From a plasmid: a DNA stretch of 64,000 bases. Numbering within the stretch: position 1 is the stretch's first letter; each line of letters begins with the position of its first letter. Both the position numbers and the translations under genes were made by a program. Below, piece after piece: positions 60,714 to 64,000 of the stretch. The stretch lies in the sequence record CP132319.1. One strand, 5' to 3'. Below the pieces are notes generated by a model. The model was not told the DNA's origin, did no database searches, and saw only the letters and a program-made list of their open reading frames with translations.

Positions 60714-61973
60714 TTACCCGATGGCAAATGGCTCGAAACGCAAGGGCATGCCCCGTTCTAGGGTTACGAGCTCCGGTGGCAGGATTGCCAGACCGTCGGC
60801 ATGGGCCATGGGCAACAGGCTTCCCGACGATCCGCGGCCCAGCATTGCAAGCAGGGGAGTGCCAGAAGCGTCGCGACTCTGAAGGCGGACGGCGACGAAT
60901 TCCGTTCGGCCCTCCTTCTTGCGCAACCCAAAGTCGGAGATCGCCGGCATCCAGACGGGATCCAAACGCTCGATCCCGGCCACAGCCCTGATCGCCGGCA
61001 GCGCAATCTTGTCAAGTGTCACGGCGGCGGCCATGGGATTCCCAGGAAGCCCGATAAAGAGCGCCGACCCCAGCGTGCCGAAGGAAACCGGCTTACCCGG
61101 CCGCATGGCGACATCAAGCACGCCGAGCGACCCGCCGCTGCGTGTTAGCGCGTCCCGCACATGATCCTCGCCACCCTTGGACATCCCGCCTGACGTCACG
61201 ACGATATCGTGCTCCGTAGCAGCGCTGTGAATGATATCGGTGGTCGCCTCAATCGTGTCCGGCGTCGCCCCGAGATCGCGGACTTCAAGCCAGGGATGCG
61301 ACAGCATGGAGGCGAGAAGGTAGCGGTTGGAATTGTAGATCTGGCCAGCTGCCAGGTGCTCACCCGGCTCTTTCAGTTCAGAGCCTGTTGTGATGAACCC
61401 GAGTCGGATCTTTCAAACGATGGAAATCCGAGACAAGCCTGCGGCCGCGAGCAGCGCAATCCGGTGTGCTGTCAGAACCGTCCCGGCCTTGAACAGCAGA
61501 GAGTTTTGGTCGACGTCTTCGCCCGCCCTGCGGATGTTCTCGCCTGGGCGGGGCCGGTAGGCGGTGGTGAACTCGCGATCGTGCCGCGAGCATTTTTCAC
61601 GGATGATCACGGCGTCGAAACCGGCCGGGATCATCGCGCCGGTGAAGATTTCCACGGCCTCAGCACTTTCGAAACTGCGGCTGCTGGCCTGATCTCCGGC
61701 TGCCACTCTGTCTGCGACCAGAAAGGTCCAGGGACCACTGCCGGAAAAATCTGCCGAGCGGACCGCAAACCCATCCATCGCCGAATGATCAAAGCGCGGC
61801 AAGGCACAGGGCGAGCGGATGTCGGCGGCCACAACTCTTCCCGCAGCAGAGAACAGTTCTAGATTTTCGCTGGCGGTCACGGGCCGACAGAGGCTGATGG
61901 CGCGGCTCACCGCATCGGCAACCGACAGCATGGGGCGAGCAGCGTAGGCTGGCCCGCAGTCGAGAGAGTCCAA
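60714..61973 (-). pseudogene. moeA: Molybdopterin molybdotransferase gene interrupted by an in-frame TGA at 61413-61415 (otherwise an intact approximately 410-codon reading frame)
   Basis: The N-terminal part (…LSVADAVSRAIS…PRFDHSAMDGFAV…RISIV*) and C-terminal part (KIRLGFITTGSELKEPGEHLAAGQIYNSNRYLLASMLS…TSGGMSKGGEDH…) are in the same frame, separated only by TGA. Confidence 0.7.
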
Positions 61974-62176
61974 CTGGACCGAGGTAGAGCGTGACGAGGA
62001 TGAAGCCCCACTTCATCACGGCCGGTTCTGGATTGTTCCTGAATTGATCCCAGGCAACATATGCCGTGCTCAAGCCTGAAAGGACGAACCAGATGAAAAG
62101 CAGGTAGTCGATGGGCTGAATAAACACAGTGCACTCCATGTCCGTGAGAATCATGACATGGAGCGCACCGTACCGA

Positions 62177-62198
62177 TTCCTAGTGTTGGAAGGTCAAG
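62177..62198 (-). promoter_or_regulatory. Degenerate fourth copy of the HmrR/CueR-type box (TTGACC plus TTCCAACACTAGGAA)
   Basis: GATTCCTAGTGTTGGAAGGTCAAG on the plus strand; compare GCTTCCAACAATGGGAAGGTCAAG at 27041. Confidence 0.35.
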
Positions 62199-62308
62199 GG
62201 CGGCGCCCCTATTTTGGACCCTCCATTTCTTGGACATCCCAACCCCGTCAAGCCAAAAGGAACCATAGGTACGCCGGTGGAGCGGGGGCAATAGCTTACC
62301 GAGGGCTA

Positions 62309-63310
62309 TCAAAATGACAGAAACCGCTTCAAGCTCAAACCCGCCGACAGAATGTAAGGCGGCATAGCGAGTGAATAGTGACCACAGTTCAATTGCAAAA
62401 TACTTGGTCTAGCGCCTGCGCAGGTCAGCCTCTGTATTAACCTCTCCGACAGCTCTGGCAACACCACTTTATCTCTCTTCGCCAGCACAACGTGAAGAAT
62501 GAGATCCGGTCGTGCCAAACGATCCGCGTAATTCTCGATGTTAAGTGGCGCCCAGGCTCTCCTGAGATCAGTAAGCTCAATATCCGGTTCAAGGCTCTCT
62601 CGAATTGATCGCGTGGCACGGCCGGTCCAAACCATATCCGCGAGGCTTCCTGCCGCCAGAAACAGCGAGGCCTTAGAAACGGTCGCGTCGTGCGCCGCGA
62701 TGAGGCCTGCGACCCAGGAGCCCAGGCTCATACCGAGAACAGAAATCTCTCTGTAGCCTTCACTCTTTAACCAACGAATGAGTTTGCGCCCATCCCATAC
62801 CCCCTGCCTTATCGATTGGATCGTTCGACCGAGATTCGCGCTAAGCATGTAGTCGGCGTGCGTGGACCCCGGACGGCTGCGCTCGAGGTGATACGGCATA
62901 GCAATTTCCACAACCGTTATGCCTCGCTTGGAAAAGAACCTAGCAAGCTGATTATTCCGCGCACTTGCATTCCAATGGTGAAAAACCACCATCGCTCGGT
63001 CGAGCGATCCACTCTCGGTGATCCTCGCCCAAACGACATTATTCTCGTCGATGTCGGTCAGGGTGTCCGATGGAAACTTGAGCCATCCATCTCGCCGTTT
63101 AAAACCTTGATCGCTCCTAGTCGGCTCATCGAAGAAAGTCTGATCAGCCACGGCTTGGTCGGCGAGAAGACAAAACTCCTCGATACTCCCGATCTTCGCA
63201 GCGCCTGAAAAGGCCCGTTCCGCGTCGAGCGCGAAAACCGTTGCTTTCTTGCCTTCCTCACCGCGCTTTGCCCGCCGCTCATCCCAACGATCAAGCCAAT
63301 TATGAAACAT
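62309..63310 (-). CDS. Alpha/beta-fold hydrolase with an approximately 110-aa N-terminal extension
   Basis: Nucleophile elbow GMSLGS; H and D candidates downstream; 333 aa; lower-GC segment. Confidence 0.6.
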   Translation of the reverse strand: MFHNWLDRWDERRAKRGEEGKKATVFALDAERAFSGAAKIGSIEEFCLLADQAVADQTFFDEPTRSDQGFKRRDGWLKFPSDTLTDIDENNVVWARITESGSLDRAMVVFHHWNASARNNQLARFFSKRGITVVEIAMPYHLERSRPGSTHADYMLSANLGRTIQSIRQGVWDGRKLIRWLKSEGYREISVLGMSLGSWVAGLIAAHDATVSKASLFLAAGSLADMVWTGRATRSIRESLEPDIELTDLRRAWAPLNIENYADRLARPDLILHVVLAKRDKVVLPELSERLIQRLTCAGARPSILQLNCGHYSLAMPPYILSAGLSLKRFLSF

Positions 63311-63983
63311 TCAGATTGGTCCCTACTTCACTCGCCCGCCAACGGCCGAACGCCGGATCAAACAGGCCGTAAAGCGCAAGAAGCACTCCAAGGCCCAAAA
63401 GGATCGAAAAACCAGAAAAAGCACCGATCAACAAGTAGCCTGCAACGAGCAACGCTACGACCGTCGACATCTTCCACAAAGGTACACGAAACCGGTTTCC
63501 GGTACCCAAACCGATGGCGCCAAACAAAAAAACGATGCAGGTGGAAATAACGACAAGAAGGCTGCTGTAGTGCGTCGGCATTCTATAGCCGATCGTGCCG
63601 CTCAGATTGTCGAGCCCAAAAATAGCCGCTGACATATCTCTGATCAACCAAGCCGCAATATTCTCGCCGGCCGACGTCAGGTACGAGCTTTGGCCCTTCA
63701 TGCATATGGCGACCAAAATCCCCAAAACAGTACACCTGAAAATTCCCCGGATCAGGGTCAGTCCGACTTCGTTGAGCTGGGATCGGCAATCCACCTCAGG
63801 TCGCGTTTCCAGTTTCTTTCTGATTTTGCAAAAATCATAAGCGATCGTGTAAAGCAAAATGAGGCCTGCAAAGAAAATATAGAAAGAGATCGCCATGTAC
63901 AAATATGCAATCCCTGTGAATAGCATCGCCTCCGGCACTGATATGACATCAGGGCGCACGATCGCTAATTTTCCCCAGTCCAT
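63300..63983 (-). CDS. Polytopic membrane protein of unknown function, overlapping the hydrolase gene (operon)
   Basis: Six hydrophobic segments; 11-nt overlap with the downstream hydrolase gene; lower-GC segment. Confidence 0.5.
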   Translation of the reverse strand: MDWGKLAIVRPDVISVPEAMLFTGIAYLYMAISFYIFFAGLILLYTIAYDFCKIRKKLETRPEVDCRSQLNEVGLTLIRGIFRCTVLGILVAICMKGQSSYLTSAGENIAAWLIRDMSAAIFGLDNLSGTIGYRMPTHYSSLLVVISTCIVFLFGAIGLGTGNRFRVPLWKMSTVVALLVAGYLLIGAFSGFSILLGLGVLLALYGLFDPAFGRWRASEVGTNLNVS

Positions 63984-64000
63984 GGCATATTCGCCGCCGC

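Overview
The window looks like a 64-kb segment of a large, high-GC rhizobial-type (Rhizobium/Sinorhizobium/Agrobacterium-like) repABC plasmid; I cannot name the taxon from sequence alone. Replicon backbone, 1-8.4 kb: two 16-bp palindromic parS-like sites, repA-repB-(antisense ctRNA region)-repC, a second small parA/parG-like (type Ib) partition pair with an iterated-repeat centromere-like region, and a mobC-relaxase mobilization module. Metal-resistance island, 9-60 kb: the rest of the window is mostly copper- and Cd/Zn/Pb-homeostasis genes. These include two cusF-cupredoxin-multicopper-oxidase modules (the second decayed), two Met-rich CopA/PcoA-type multicopper oxidases each preceded by a small Cys-rich protein and associated with c-type cytochromes, and two Cu P-type ATPases (one an actP-hmrR pair). 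The island also carries copZ, a cusBA-copG operon, a copRS two-component system, DUF305 and Csp-like copper-storage genes, a csoR-controlled glutaredoxin/MauE-fusion operon, and a pbr-like locus (MerR regulator, Zn/Cd/Pb ATPase, lspA, a core-only CDF transporter, an HMA chaperone). Housekeeping and plasmid-maintenance genes are interspersed: vapBC, parDE, a tyrosine recombinase, DUF1403-scpB, an L,D-transpeptidase, nadE, moeA, and a thymidine-phosphorylase-like gene. The main unexplained structure is a six-member paralogous family of small membrane-anchored Cys-rich proteins with a conserved C-terminal PP(R/I)S-like tail, one at every copper module. Two operator families recur (an HmrR/CueR-type box four times, a PbrR/CadR-type box three times). 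Several genes show decay: moeA has an in-frame TGA, tauE has a T7 homopolymer frameshift, a cusA paralog is 5'-truncated and joined to a beta-CASP gene tail, and the second multicopper oxidase copy lacks its Tat signal at a parDE junction. I recognised no rRNA, tRNA or CRISPR array.
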